Source of the DNA: an uncultured Methylomirabilota bacterium
GTDB lineage: Bacteria; Methylomirabilota; Methylomirabilia; Methylomirabilales; 2-02-FULL-66-22
NCBI GenBank assembly: GCA_963845565.1
Contig: CAWJSJ010000001.1
Location: 960,001-1,024,000, forward strand
Direction of reading: 5' to 3'
Length of the DNA stretch: 64,000 bases
Made by a program: the position numbers and the translations under genes. Below the pieces are notes generated by a model that did not search any database, was not told the origin of the DNA, and worked only from the letters and a program-made list of their open reading frames with translations. Of the stretch, positions 51,354 through 62,085 are shown piece by piece (within the stretch, counting starts at the first letter, position 1; every line of letters starts with the position of its first letter).

Positions 51354-51363
51354 CGGCCTCCCC

Positions 51364-53965
51364 TCAGCCCGCCACCACGATGTTGACCAGCCGGTCCGGA
51401 ATCACGACCACCTTGCGCACCGCCCGACCCTCGATCCACGGCTGGACGCGCGGCTCGGCCAGCGCCAGGGCCTTGAGCGGCTCCTCGGCGTACCCGCGCG
51501 CCACCTCGCAGCCGCGCGCGGACCTTGCCGTTCACCTGCACGACAACCTCCACGCGCTCCTCCAGGACCAGCGCCGGGTCGGCCGTCGGCCACGCCTCAC
51601 GGAAGATGCTGGCAGGCTGGCCCAGCATCTCCCAGAGCTCTTCCGCCATGTGCGGCGCAAAGGGGGCCAGCAAGGTCAGGAGCACCCGAACCCCCTCGGC
51701 GAACGCCAGGACCCGCGGGTCGGCGGGGGAGGCGGCCGACACCCGGTCCTGGAACCGCCCCAGCGTATTCTGCAGTTCCATCAACGCCGCCAGGGCGGTG
51801 TTGAAGTGGAACGAGTCTTCCAGGTCGCGCGTGACCCGGGCGATGGTCTGGTGCGTCGCGCGGCGCAAGAGGCGCACCTCCTCATCCGGATCGCCGGCCG
51901 CCCAGTGCCCACCCTGGGCGGCGCGGAGGAGCGGCGCCCGCTCCTCGACCAGGCGCCACACGCGTTGCAGGAAGCGGAAGGAGCCCTGGACGCCGTCGTC
52001 CGACCACTCCAGGTCTTTCTCCGGAGGGGCCGCAAACAAGGAGAAGAGCCGGATGGTGTCCGCGCCGTAGTCCGTCAGCAGGTCGTCCGGGTCCACCACG
52101 TTCTTCTTCGACTTCGACATCTTCTCGGTCCGCCCGACTTCCACCGGGGCCTGGCACTCGCGGCATCGCCCCGCCTTGTCCACCTCGCCGGGCAACCGGT
52201 ACCCGTGGGTCGGACAGCGGTGGGACTCCTTGCAGACCATGCCCTGCGTCAGCAGGTTGGTGAACGGCTCGCCGACCGGGCTGAGGCCCAGGTCGCGGCA
52301 GACCTTGGTGAAAAAGCGGGCGTAGAGGAGGTGCAGCACCGCGTGCTCGATCCCGCCGATGTACTGATCCACCGGCATCCAGTGGCGGACCGTGTTCGCA
52401 TCCAGCGGCCGGGAGTCCGCGTGCGGACTGGTGAAGCGCAGGAAGTACCAGGACGAATCGACGAAGGTGTCCATGGTGTCCGTCTCGCGCCGGCCCGGAC
52501 GGCCGCAGGTCGGACAGGCGGCCTGCGCGAAACTCTCCACCCGCGCCAGGGGCGACCCGCCGCTCATCGTGATGGCCACGTCCTGGGGCAGGATCACGGG
52601 CAGGTCACGCTCCGGGACCGGCACCACGCCGCACGCGTCGCAGTAGATCACCGGGATGGGCGTCCCCCAGTACCGCTGGCGGGAGACGAGCCAGTCGCGG
52701 ATCCGGTAGTTCACCGCCCGCGTCCCCGTTCCCTGCTCTTCCAGGTGATCGCAGACGGCCAGGAGCCCTTCCTGGTTCGCCATGCCCGTGAAGCGGCCCG
52801 AGTTGACCATCCGGCCGTCGCCGTCGAAGGCCGCCTCCAGGGAGGCGCCGTCGCGGAGCGCCTCGCCCGTCGGCTGGATCACGACCCGGATGGGCAGCTG
52901 GTACTTCCGGGCCATGTCGAAGTCCCGCTGATCGTGGGCCGGCACCGCCATGATCGCGCCGGTGCCGTACTCCATCAGGATGAAGTTCGCCACCCAGATG
53001 GGGATCCGCTCGCGGGTCAGCGGGTTGATGGCGTAGGCCCCGGTGAACACGCCCTCCTTGTCGGTCGTCGCCTCCGTCCGGGCCGTCCGCTCGGCGCGCC
53101 GCATGCGTTCCACGAAGGCGGCCACCGCATCCGCCTGCGGGGTCCCCGCGGAGAGATCGAGGGTCAGCGGATGTTCCGGCGCCAGCACCATGAAGGTCGC
53201 ACCGTAGAGCGTGTCCGGTCGCGTGGTGAAGATGCGGATGCTCCCGCCCCGCTCCAGCGCGAAATCCACCTCCGCCCCGACGCTCTTCCCGATCCAGTTC
53301 CGCTGCATCGTGCGCACGCGCTCGGGCCACCCCGGCAGCGTCTCGAGATCCCGCAGCAGCTCCTCCACGTAGGCGGTGATCCGGAAGAACCATTGCCGCA
53401 GCTCCCGCTGGACCACCGGGGTGTCGCCGTGCCGCCAGCAGACGCCGCCCTCGGCCTGCTCGTTGCTGAGCACCGACTGGCAGCGCTCGCACCAGTTCAC
53501 CGGCGCGGTCTTCTGGTAGGCCAGGCCGCGCTCCAGCATCTGCAGGAAGAACCACTGGTTCCAGCGGTAGTAGGCGGGCTCGCAGCAGGTGACCTCGCGG
53601 TCCCAGTCGTACGAGAACCCCATCCGTCGCAGCTGGGACTTCATGTAGGCGATGTTGTCCCGGGTCCACTTGGCCGGGTGGATGCCGTGCTCAAAGGCGG
53701 CGTTCTCGGCGGGGAAGCCGAACGCGTCCCACCCCATCGGATGGAGCACGTTGTACCCGCGCATGGACAGATAGCGCGCCACCACGTCCCCGATGGAGTA
53801 GTTCCGGACGTGGCCCATGTGGATCTTGCCCGACGGGTAGGGGTACATCTCCAGGCAATAGTACTTCGGCCGGGTCGGGTCCTCGGTCACGGCGAACGTG
53901 CGGCGCTCGTCCCAGATCCCCTGCCATTTCTTCTCAATGGCACCAAAATCGTAGCCGCGTGGCAT
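51364..53965 (-). CDS. leuS: Leucine-tRNA ligase, frameshift at ~51508 near the C-terminus
   Basis: [23 protein letters not shown] continues in another frame as [21 protein letters not shown]. Confidence 0.96.
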
Positions 53966-53992
53966 GGACATCCTCCGGTTCTCCGTCCGCTC

Positions 53993-54021
53993 TATGTAAC
54001 ATGAGTCCCGCACGTTGACAA
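53993..54021 (-). promoter_or_regulatory. sigma70 promoter of leuS
   Basis: TTGTCA-17-TACATA with extended TG. Confidence 0.55.
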
Positions 54022-54045
54022 GTCGGCACGCCGCCCGACCGTCGT

Positions 54046-54780
54046 TCAATATTCGACCGACACGAGGCACAACCCGTGCGGGAGCGCCGTCTTCCCGGCG
54101 GCACGACGGTCCCGGGACGCCAGGATCTCAGCCAGATCAGCGGCCCGCCGCTTCCCCCGCCCGATCTCGAGCAGGGTCCCCACGATGATCCGCACCATGT
54201 GCTGGAGGAACGCGTTGCCGTCGATCTCGAAGTGCCACCGGTCGCCCTCCGCCCGCCAGGCGGCTCGCGTCACGGTGCGGATGGGCGTGGCCGCGGCGCA
54301 GGTCCCGGCGCGAAACGCGGAGAAGTCGTGGGTGCCGACCAGACACCGCGCCGCCTCCTCCATGGCGCACCGATCCAGCGGATACGGCACGTACAGACTG
54401 TATCGGGCCGCCACCGCCGCCGGATAGTCGCGCCGGAGCACCGTGTAGCGGTAGGTCTTGGATCGGGCGGAACGTCGCGCGTCGAAGTCCGGCGACACCG
54501 TCTCGGCGCGGCACACCACGATGTCGTGCGGCAGGAGCGCGTTGAGGGCCCGGCGCAGCGCGCCGTCGTCGAGGCGCAGCGTCGCGGTACAGCTGGCCAC
54601 CTGGCCGAGCGCATGCACCCCCGCGTCCGTCCGCCCCGCGCCCATCACCGGGACGGGCGCCCCGGCCAACCGAGAGAGCACCGCCTCCAGCCGACCCTGG
54701 ACGGTGTCCAGGCCGGGTTGCACCTGCCATCCGTGATACGCCGTCCCGTCGTACTCCAGCACCAGCTTGAGACGCCGCAT
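54046..54780 (-). CDS. truA: tRNA pseudouridine(38-40) synthase
   Basis: [33 protein letters not shown]. Confidence 0.96.
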   Translation of the reverse strand: MRRLKLVLEYDGTAYHGWQVQPGLDTVQGRLEAVLSRLAGAPVPVMGAGRTDAGVHALGQVASCTATLRLDDGALRRALNALLPHDIVVCRAETVSPDFDARRSARSKTYRYTVLRRDYPAAVAARYSLYVPYPLDRCAMEEAARCLVGTHDFSAFRAGTCAAATPIRTVTRAAWRAEGDRWHFEIDGNAFLQHMVRIIVGTLLEIGRGKRRAADLAEILASRDRRAAGKTALPHGLCLVSVEY

Positions 54781-54823
54781 CCGGACACTCCCCGACGGCC
54801 TGCGCCCCCCCCGCACGCAAAGA

Positions 54824-54854
54824 GGCTCCGGCGGCGCGGTGCGCCGCCGGAGCC
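54824..54854 (-). terminator. Strong hairpin after asd (terminator or stabiliser)
   Basis: 14-bp perfect stem GGCTCCGGCGGCGC/GCGCCGCCGGAGCC with a short T-tract. Confidence 0.5.
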
Positions 54855-54873
54855 CCCGTCATGCGCCCTGCGC

Positions 54874-55896
54874 TCAGAGATACGTCTCGATCAGGCGCTC
54901 CGCGATCTGCACCGCGTTCAGCGCGGCCCCCTTGCGAAGCTGATCCCCCACCACCCAGAAGTTCAGGCCGTTCGGGACCGCGAGATCCTCGCGGATCCGG
55001 CCGACGTAACAGTCGTCCGTCCCGGCGGCGAAGAGCGGCATCGGGTAGCGCTTGTTGGCGGGATCGTCCTGGACCTGGAGGCCCGGGAAGGCGGCGAATA
55101 ACTCCCGCGCCTTGGCCGGCGTGATCTTGGTCTCCGTCTCCACGTGGACCGACACCGAATGCGCGGTGAACACCGGCACCCGCACGGTGGTGGGCGAGAT
55201 CAGGATCCTCTCGTCCTCCAGGATCTTCCGGCTCTCGTGCACCAGCTTCATCTCTTCCTTGGTGTACCCGTTCTCCTGAAAGACATCGATGTGGGGCAGG
55301 ACGTTGAAGGCGATCTGGTACGGGAAGATCGCCACCGGGATCGGCTCGTCCTTCGCCCAGGCGCGCACCTGCGCCTTGAACTCCTCCAGCGCCATGGCCC
55401 CCGCCCCGGAGACCGCTTGATAGCTCGACGCCACCACGCGGCGGATCCGGCTGAAGCGGTGCAGGGGAGCCAGCGCCATCAGCGTCACGATCGTCGTGCA
55501 GTTCGGATTCGCGATGATTCCCCGTTTGGTGTACCCCGCGATCGCGTGCGGGTTGATCTCGGGCACCACCAACGGGACATCCGGCTCCATCCGGAAGGCG
55601 GAGCTGTTGTCCACCACCACCGCCCCCGACTGCCACGCCGCCGGTGCGAACTCTTTACTGCGGCCGGCCCCGGCGGAGAACAGGGCGACGTCCACTCCCT
55701 CGAATGCGCCGGCCGTCAACTGCTCCACCCGGACCGCCTCGCCCTGGAAGGCCAGCGTCTTGCCCACCGACCGCTCCGAGGCCAGCAGCCGGATGCGTCG
55801 GACCGGAAACTTCCGCTCCTCGAGCACCCGCAGCATGACCTCGCCCACCGCCCCCGTCGCCCCGGCGACGGCCACCACGTATCCGTCTTTACGCAT
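54874..55896 (-). CDS. asd: Aspartate-semialdehyde dehydrogenase
   Basis: GATGAVG, DNSSAFRM, NPNCTT, LRKGAALNAVQ. Confidence 0.97.
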   Translation of the reverse strand: MRKDGYVVAVAGATGAVGEVMLRVLEERKFPVRRIRLLASERSVGKTLAFQGEAVRVEQLTAGAFEGVDVALFSAGAGRSKEFAPAAWQSGAVVVDNSSAFRMEPDVPLVVPEINPHAIAGYTKRGIIANPNCTTIVTLMALAPLHRFSRIRRVVASSYQAVSGAGAMALEEFKAQVRAWAKDEPIPVAIFPYQIAFNVLPHIDVFQENGYTKEEMKLVHESRKILEDERILISPTTVRVPVFTAHSVSVHVETETKITPAKARELFAAFPGLQVQDDPANKRYPMPLFAAGTDDCYVGRIREDLAVPNGLNFWVVGDQLRKGAALNAVQIAERLIETYL

Positions 55897-55947
55897 GATC
55901 CCCCGACCCTCCTCCTCCCGCGTCCCCGGGATGGTCGCGCCGCCGGC

Positions 55948-57477
55948 CTACTTCCCGGCGCCGCCGGGCTGCCGCGCCACGACCTTGTTGATGGCATTCA
56001 GATAGGCCCGGACGCTCGCCTCGATGACGTCGGTCGAGCTCCCGCGGCCGACGACCCGCCGGCCGTCGATCTCCACCGCCGCCGTCACCTCGCCCAGCGC
56101 GTCCTTGCCCGCCGTGATGGCGCGGATCTGGTACTCCAGCAGCGTCCCGGGCACCTTGGTGATCAGATCGATGGCCTTGTAGGCCGCATCCACGGGGCCG
56201 TCGCCCCACCCCGATTCCTGGAACGTCTCGTCCTGCATCCGCAGGCGCACGGTGGCCGTGGGCACGATGTTGGTCCCGCTGGTGAACTGCAGGTGCTCCA
56301 GGGTGTACCCGTGCCCCGAGGTCAAGAGCTCGTCCTCCACCAGGGCCAGGAGGTCCTCGTCGAACACCTCTTTCTTCCGGTCGCAGAGATCCTTGAACCG
56401 GCCGAACGCCTTGTTCAGATCCTCCTCGCCCAGGTCCACCCCGAGTTCCTCGAGTCGCTTCTTGAAGGCATGCCGACCCGAATGCTTCCCCAGCACCAGC
56501 TGGCTCTTGGGGACCCCCACCGATTCGGGGGTCATGATCTCGTAGGTGAGCGGCGTCTGCAGGACGCCGTGCTGATGGATGCCCGCCTCGTGCGCGAACG
56601 CGTTGGCCCCCACGATGGCCTTGTTGGGCTGGACGTTCACGCCGGTGATGGACTGCAGCAGCTTGGAGGTGCGATAGATCTCCTCGGTGCGGATCGCCGT
56701 GTCGAAGGCGAAGAAGTCCTTCCGCGTGCGGAGCGCCATCACCAGCTCTTCCAGCGAGGCGTTGCCCGCGCGCTCGCCGATGCCGTTGACGGTGCATTCC
56801 ACCTGCCGGGCGCCGGCCCGGATGGCCTCCAGCGAATTGGCCACCCCCAGGCCGAGATCGTTGTGGCAGTGCGCGCTCACCACCACCCGCTCGATCCCGG
56901 GGACCCGGTGCATCAGGTTCCTGATCCGCTCGCCGAATTCCCACGGCAGGCCGTACCCGACCGTGTCGGGGATATTGATCGTGGTGGCGCCGGCTTTGAT
57001 CGCCGCCTCCACCACGCGACAGAGATAGTCCTGGTCGGTCCGGTGCGCATCCTCGGCCGAGAACTCCACGTCGTCGGTGTACCCCTTGGCCCGCTTCACG
57101 GCGGCCACGGTCGCCTCCAGCACCTCGGCCTGGGTGGTTTTCAGTTTATACTTGATGTGAATCTCGGACGTCGCGATGAAGGTGTGGATCCGGGGCCGCT
57201 CCGCCCCCTTCACCGCTTCCGCGCATCGGTCGATGTCCACGTCCTTGGCCCGCGCCAGTCCGGCGATGATCGGCCCCCCCTTGACTGCCTTGGCCACGGC
57301 CCGGACGGCCTCGAAGTCGTCCTGCGAGGCGATCGGGAACCCCGCCTCCATCACGTCCACGCCCAGCCGGGCCAGCTGCTTCGCCAGTTCGACCTTTTCC
57401 TTGGTGTTCATGCTGCACCCGGGCGACTGCTCGCCGTCGCGCAGCGTCGTGTCGAAGATCAGAATACGCTCTGCCAT
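55948..57477 (-). CDS. leuA: 2-isopropylmalate synthase
   Basis: [30 protein letters not shown]-terminal GDGPVDA regulatory domain. Confidence 0.96.
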   Translation of the reverse strand: MAERILIFDTTLRDGEQSPGCSMNTKEKVELAKQLARLGVDVMEAGFPIASQDDFEAVRAVAKAVKGGPIIAGLARAKDVDIDRCAEAVKGAERPRIHTFIATSEIHIKYKLKTTQAEVLEATVAAVKRAKGYTDDVEFSAEDAHRTDQDYLCRVVEAAIKAGATTINIPDTVGYGLPWEFGERIRNLMHRVPGIERVVVSAHCHNDLGLGVANSLEAIRAGARQVECTVNGIGERAGNASLEELVMALRTRKDFFAFDTAIRTEEIYRTSKLLQSITGVNVQPNKAIVGANAFAHEAGIHQHGVLQTPLTYEIMTPESVGVPKSQLVLGKHSGRHAFKKRLEELGVDLGEEDLNKAFGRFKDLCDRKKEVFDEDLLALVEDELLTSGHGYTLEHLQFTSGTNIVPTATVRLRMQDETFQESGWGDGPVDAAYKAIDLITKVPGTLLEYQIRAITAGKDALGEVTAAVEIDGRRVVGRGSSTDVIEASVRAYLNAINKVVARQPGGAGK

Positions 57478-57502
57478 GGGTGTCACCCTCCCAAGCCGCG
57501 CC

Positions 57503-58303
57503 CTAGTGTTTGCCCGGGGCGGGCTGTTCGATCGTTTCCGCGGGACGCCGCCGCTTCCAGAACGGCAGCATCCGGACCACGCCCGACAGGGCGTACGCGC
57601 TAAAGCAGACGAACAGGAACAGGCTGGGGTGCGAGGCCACGATGAGCAAGACCAGGAGCAACGTGGTCAAGATCGTGAACGGCCGCCGCCGCCGCATCTC
57701 CAGCCCCTTCAGGCTCCGATGGCGCACCCGGCTCACCATCAGGAACCCGAGCGCGTACATCCCAAGCAAGACTCCGGCAGCGGTCGCATTGGGCGACGCC
57801 AGCTCGCGCCCGTAGACGACCACTGCCGAGGACTCCTTCATGAACAGCACGAACGTGGCCACCACCGCCGCCGCCGCCGGGATGGGCAGACCGACGAAGT
57901 ACCGCTTGTCGAGGATGTGGGTCTGCACGTTGAAGCGGGCCAACCGGAACGCCCCGCAGGCCGCGAACGCGAAGGCCGCCAGGCCGCCGATCCAGCCGAA
58001 CGGTCGTAACGCGAAGACGTACGCCAAGAGCGCAGGCGCCACGCCGAACGAGACCAGGTCGGCCAGGGAGTCCAGCTGGATCCCCAGATCGCTGGTGGTC
58101 CCCGTCATCCGCGCGACGCCGCCGTCCAGCACGTCGAAGACCTCTGCCAGCAGGATGGCCACGGCGGCGGCCAGGTACTCGTCGTTGTACACGGCGATCA
58201 GCGCATAGAACCCGCAGAACAGGTTCCCCAGCGTGAGGATGCTCGGGAGCAGATACACACCACGCCGCATCCGCCGGCGCATGCCCGCCCGTCGTTCCGT
58301 CAT
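57503..58303 (-). CDS. pssA: CDP-diacylglycerol-serine O-phosphatidyltransferase
   Basis: D..DG..AR....S..G..LDSLAD.VSFGVAP, RLARFN, F.GLP.P. Confidence 0.93.
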   Translation of the reverse strand: MTERRAGMRRRMRRGVYLLPSILTLGNLFCGFYALIAVYNDEYLAAAVAILLAEVFDVLDGGVARMTGTTSDLGIQLDSLADLVSFGVAPALLAYVFALRPFGWIGGLAAFAFAACGAFRLARFNVQTHILDKRYFVGLPIPAAAAVVATFVLFMKESSAVVVYGRELASPNATAAGVLLGMYALGFLMVSRVRHRSLKGLEMRRRRPFTILTTLLLVLLIVASHPSLFLFVCFSAYALSGVVRMLPFWKRRRPAETIEQPAPGKH

Positions 58304-58432
58304 GGGCCGGTCTTTCCACCGCGCGCGGGCTTGCAGCCATCGCGCGCGCGGGCCCTTCGCCCGGTCGCGGGACTCCCCGGATGCCCGGGGCCCGATCACT
58401 CGTGGTCCGTTTGGCATCGTTCTACCCTCCCC

Positions 58433-58537
58433 TTAGGAGCCGTTACGAAATAACCTATACATCTCTTTCTATTTCGTTACGGCTCCTTATGCCGTTTCGG
58501 ATTGTCTCCGCTCAACTAATTCTTTGGCAACGGCTTA
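58433..58537. repeat. Repeat family A copy 3 with second unit, ending in the psd stop
   Basis: Same arms as copy 1 and a near-identical loop. Confidence 0.9.
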
Positions 58538-59173
58538 CGGTATCACGCCCAGGATCGTGCTACCCCCCTTGACGGTCTGCCCGCGGCGCACCCGCAACAC
58601 GACCGCCTCGGGCAGGATGCAGTCTGCGCGAGACCCGAACCGGATCAGACCGATCCGGTCGCCGGCGGCGACTTTCCCCCCCGGCCGAACCCGGCACACG
58701 ATGCGCCGGGCGATCAACCCGGCGATCAGCTTCACCCACACATCGCCGTCGGGTGTGGCGAAGCGAATCAGCGTCTGCTCGTTCTCCTGCGAGGCCTCTT
58801 CGTCCCACGCCGCCATGAAGCGGCCGGGTCGGTGGGTCACCTCTTGGACGAGGGCGGAAATCGGCGCCCGGTTCACGTGCACATCGAAGACCGACAGGAA
58901 AATGCTGATCCGCACCAGCGGCTCCCCGAACGGCCCTTTCCAGTCGGGAAAGGGCTTGATGGCCACGATCTTCCCGTCCGCCGGCGCCAAGATGATCCGC
59001 TCGCCCGTCGGGATCTCTCGCTCTGGATCCCGGAAGAAGTACACCATGAAGGCCGCGAGCAGGAGAACCACCGTCCCGCTCCCCGGAAAGCGGAACAGGA
59101 ACAGCAAACCGCTCACGGCCAGCGTCGGCACGATAAAGATCAGTCCGTCTCGTTCGATCGGGAGTTTTCCCAT
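58535..59173 (-). CDS. psd: Phosphatidylserine decarboxylase
   Basis: FFRDPER, APADG, F.VHVNRAP, IRFGSR cleavage motif. Confidence 0.95.
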   Translation of the reverse strand: MGKLPIERDGLIFIVPTLAVSGLLFLFRFPGSGTVVLLLAAFMVYFFRDPEREIPTGERIILAPADGKIVAIKPFPDWKGPFGEPLVRISIFLSVFDVHVNRAPISALVQEVTHRPGRFMAAWDEEASQENEQTLIRFATPDGDVWVKLIAGLIARRIVCRVRPGGKVAAGDRIGLIRFGSRADCILPEAVVLRVRRGQTVKGGSTILGVIP

Positions 59174-59190
59174 ATTACATTGATTCTATT

Positions 59191-59203
59191 AATCAATATG
59201 TTA
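59191..59203 (+). promoter_or_regulatory. IHF consensus site upstream of psd
   Basis: AATCAATATGTTA = WATCAANNNNTTR; TATAAT on the minus strand at 59231-59236. Confidence 0.55.
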
Positions 59204-59268
59204 CGGAATACACCTCATACAAAAAATGACATTATACTCGCCTCGCAAAACGCGGGACCGGTCCTCAA

Positions 59269-61950
59269 TCAGCCGTTCATTTGCCCGCGCACGAGGTCGA
59301 CCAGCTTCGCCAAGGCGTCCGGAATCCTGGCGGGATCCTTCCCCCCCGCCTCCGCCATGTCGGGTCGGCCGCCGCCTCCGCCGCCCGTGAGCTTGGCCAA
59401 GTCGCGCGCGAGGTGGCCGGCGTGCAGCCGTCCGGTCAGATCTTTCGTCACCATGGTAACCCAGGTGACCTTGCCGTCCCCGTGCATGGCGAGAGCCACC
59501 ACGCCACGCTGCAACCGATCCCGCACGCGATCGCCCAGCTCTCGCATCCCCTTGGCGTCCGTCGCCTCGACCAGCGCCCCCACCACGCGGACGCCGTCCA
59601 CGTCGACGGCGCCGGCAAGCAGTCGCTCCAGCGTCCCGCCGAGCAGGCGGGCCTGCAGGCGCTGCACCTCCCGCTCCAGGTCCCGGCTCGTCTCGGCCAG
59701 CTTCTCGACCTTCTCGACCAGCTCCAGCGGGCGCGCCTTGAGTCGTGCCGCCGTCTCCGTCAACACCTGCGCTTCCCGCTTCATGTGCTGATAGGCCCCG
59801 GGTCCTGTGACCGCTTCGATCCGCCGCACGCCCGCTGCCACCCCGCCCTGCGCCAGAATCTTGAAGAGGCCGATCTCGCCCGTCGCCTCCACGTGCGTGC
59901 CGCCGCACAGTTCGGTACTGAACTCGGGGACGCTCACCACCCGGACCTGCTCCCCGTACTTCTCGCCGAAGAGCGCCATGGCGCCCGAGGCCAGCGCCTC
60001 GTCCAGGCCCATCACCTGCGTCGTGACGCCGCGGTTCTCCCACACCTGGGTGTTGACCGCCTCCTCGATCCGGTCGACTTCGTGCGGGCTGAGGGGACTG
60101 AAGTGCGTGAAGTCGAAGCGGAGCCGGTCCGGCGCGACCAGCGAGCCGGCCTGCTTGACATGATCCCCCAGCGTCTGGCGCAGCGCCGCGTGGAGCAGGT
60201 GGGTGGCGGTGTGATTTTTGGCGGTCATCCGCCGGCGTCCCTCGTCCACGGCGGCCCGGACCGTCTGACCCCGCCGCAACGTCCCGCGCTTCACCCGCAC
60301 GCGATGCAGCACCAGCCCCGGCACCGGCCGCCGGGCATCCTCCACCTCGGCCGTCAGGCCGTCCGCCGCCAGCGATCCCGTGTCGCCGACCTGGCCGCCC
60401 GCCTCGGGATAGAACGGGGTCCGGTCGAGCAGCACCTCGCCCGAGGCGCCCGCCTCCAGCGCGTCGGCCGGTTGCTGCGCCTCCCCGACCAGGATGGCGA
60501 CGACCCGCGCCTCGGCGGTCCGCGTGGCGTACCACAGCCCCTCGACGCGCACCGTGCCGATCAGCTCTTTCAGACCATTCGGGATCTCGACCTCGCCGGA
60601 GCCGACCCAGGACTCGCGCGCGCGCGTCCGCTGCTCGGCCATGGCGCGCTCGAACCCGGGCTCATCCAGCGCCAGACCGTGGTCCGAGGCGATGTCCCGC
60701 AGGAGATCCACCGGAAACCCGTAGGTGTCGTAGAGCCGGAAAATCTCCGCCCCGGGGATGGCGGCGGCCCCCTGGGCTTTCTGCTGCTCCACCAGGGACT
60801 CCACCAGACGGAGGCCGACCCGCAGGGTGTGGCCGAACCGCTCCTCCTCGGCCAGCGTCACCCGGGCGACATGCTCCCGCGCTTCGGCGAGCTCCGGGTA
60901 GGCCCCCTGCATCACCTCCACCACCCGGCCGGTCACCTTGGCCATGAACGGCTCGTCCACGCCGAGCAGGCGACCGTGGCGGAGGCCGCGCCGCAGGATA
61001 CGGCGCAGCACATAGCCGCGGCCCTCGTTGCTGGGCAGGACGCCGTCGGCCACCAGAAACGTCGTGGACCGGGCATGATCCGCGATGACCCGCAGCGAGA
61101 CGTCCGTCCCGGGGCCGGCACCGTAGCGGACGCCGGACAGATCCTCCATGAAGCCGATGATCGGTCGAAGGAGGTCGCTGTCGAAGTTGCTCGCCACCCC
61201 CTGGAGGACCGCCGCCAGCCGCTCCAGACCGGCGCCGGTGTCGATGCTGGGCCGGGGCAGAGGGGTCAGCACCCCGTTGCCGCTCCGCTCGAACTGCATG
61301 AACACCAGGTTCCACAGCTCCAGGTACCGATCGCAGTCACACCCCACGGCGCAGGTCGGCCGCCCGCATCCCATTCCCGGACCCTGGTCGTAGATGATCT
61401 CGGAGCAGGGGCCGCACGGGCCCGTATCGCCCATCGACCAGAAGTTGTCCTTGGTGGAGCAGGCCACAATCCGGGCATCCGGCACGTAGCGACGCCAGAG
61501 CGCGCGCGCCTCCTCATCCGGGCCGAGCCGCATCCCCGCGTCGCCCTCGTGAATGGTGGCCCACAGCCGCTCGGGCGGCAGGCCGAGGGTCGTCGTCAGG
61601 AATTCCCACGCAAACGCGACCGCGGCCTCCTTGAAATAGTCGCCGAACGAGAAGTTCCCCAGCATCTCGAAGAAGGTGTGGTGCCGCGCCGTCCGCCCCA
61701 CGTTTTCCAGGTCGTTGTGCTTGCCCCCGGCGCGAACGCACTTCTGCGCCGTGACGGCGCGTCGGTACGGGCGCTGCTCGCCCCCGGTGAACACATCCTT
61801 GAACTGCACCATCCCGGCGTTGGTGAAGAGCAGCGTGGGATCGGCCTTCGGGACCAGCGAGGAGCTGGCAACGTGGGTGTGGCCCTGGCGGCCGAAATAC
61901 TCCAGGAAGGCGCGGCGGATGTCATTGCCTGTTTGGGGCGTCGGGGGCAT
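59269..61950 (-). CDS. alaS: Alanine-tRNA ligase
   Basis: LLFTNAGMVQFK, HHTFFEMLGNFSFGDYFK, NHTATHLLH, ELCGGTH, GGGGGRP. Confidence 0.98.
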   Translation of the reverse strand: MPPTPQTGNDIRRAFLEYFGRQGHTHVASSSLVPKADPTLLFTNAGMVQFKDVFTGGEQRPYRRAVTAQKCVRAGGKHNDLENVGRTARHHTFFEMLGNFSFGDYFKEAAVAFAWEFLTTTLGLPPERLWATIHEGDAGMRLGPDEEARALWRRYVPDARIVACSTKDNFWSMGDTGPCGPCSEIIYDQGPGMGCGRPTCAVGCDCDRYLELWNLVFMQFERSGNGVLTPLPRPSIDTGAGLERLAAVLQGVASNFDSDLLRPIIGFMEDLSGVRYGAGPGTDVSLRVIADHARSTTFLVADGVLPSNEGRGYVLRRILRRGLRHGRLLGVDEPFMAKVTGRVVEVMQGAYPELAEAREHVARVTLAEEERFGHTLRVGLRLVESLVEQQKAQGAAAIPGAEIFRLYDTYGFPVDLLRDIASDHGLALDEPGFERAMAEQRTRARESWVGSGEVEIPNGLKELIGTVRVEGLWYATRTAEARVVAILVGEAQQPADALEAGASGEVLLDRTPFYPEAGGQVGDTGSLAADGLTAEVEDARRPVPGLVLHRVRVKRGTLRRGQTVRAAVDEGRRRMTAKNHTATHLLHAALRQTLGDHVKQAGSLVAPDRLRFDFTHFSPLSPHEVDRIEEAVNTQVWENRGVTTQVMGLDEALASGAMALFGEKYGEQVRVVSVPEFSTELCGGTHVEATGEIGLFKILAQGGVAAGVRRIEAVTGPGAYQHMKREAQVLTETAARLKARPLELVEKVEKLAETSRDLEREVQRLQARLLGGTLERLLAGAVDVDGVRVVGALVEATDAKGMRELGDRVRDRLQRGVVALAMHGDGKVTWVTMVTKDLTGRLHAGHLARDLAKLTGGGGGGRPDMAEAGGKDPARIPDALAKLVDLVRGQMNG

Positions 61951-61981
61951 GGCGATGTTCCTGTGCTGGTGGTCCGGTGTA

Positions 61982-62085
61982 TTAGGAGCCGTTACGAAAT
62001 ACCGTGGCTGTTTTTCGATTTCGTTACGGCTCCTTATGCCGTTCCCGGAATCTCTCCGGTCAAGATATTCTTTGACAACGGCTTA
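61982..62085. repeat. Repeat family A copy 4 with second unit, ending in the recX stop
   Basis: TTAGGAGCCGTTACGAAAT...ATTTCGTTACGGCTCC-TTATGCCGTT...AACGGCTTA. Confidence 0.9.

Noticed and set aside
59180..59196. FNR box
   Set aside because: Spacing is TTGAT-N7-ATCAA, not N4
13587..62085. Family A repeats as a CRISPR array
   Set aside because: Copies are dispersed over 48 kb, not regularly interspaced
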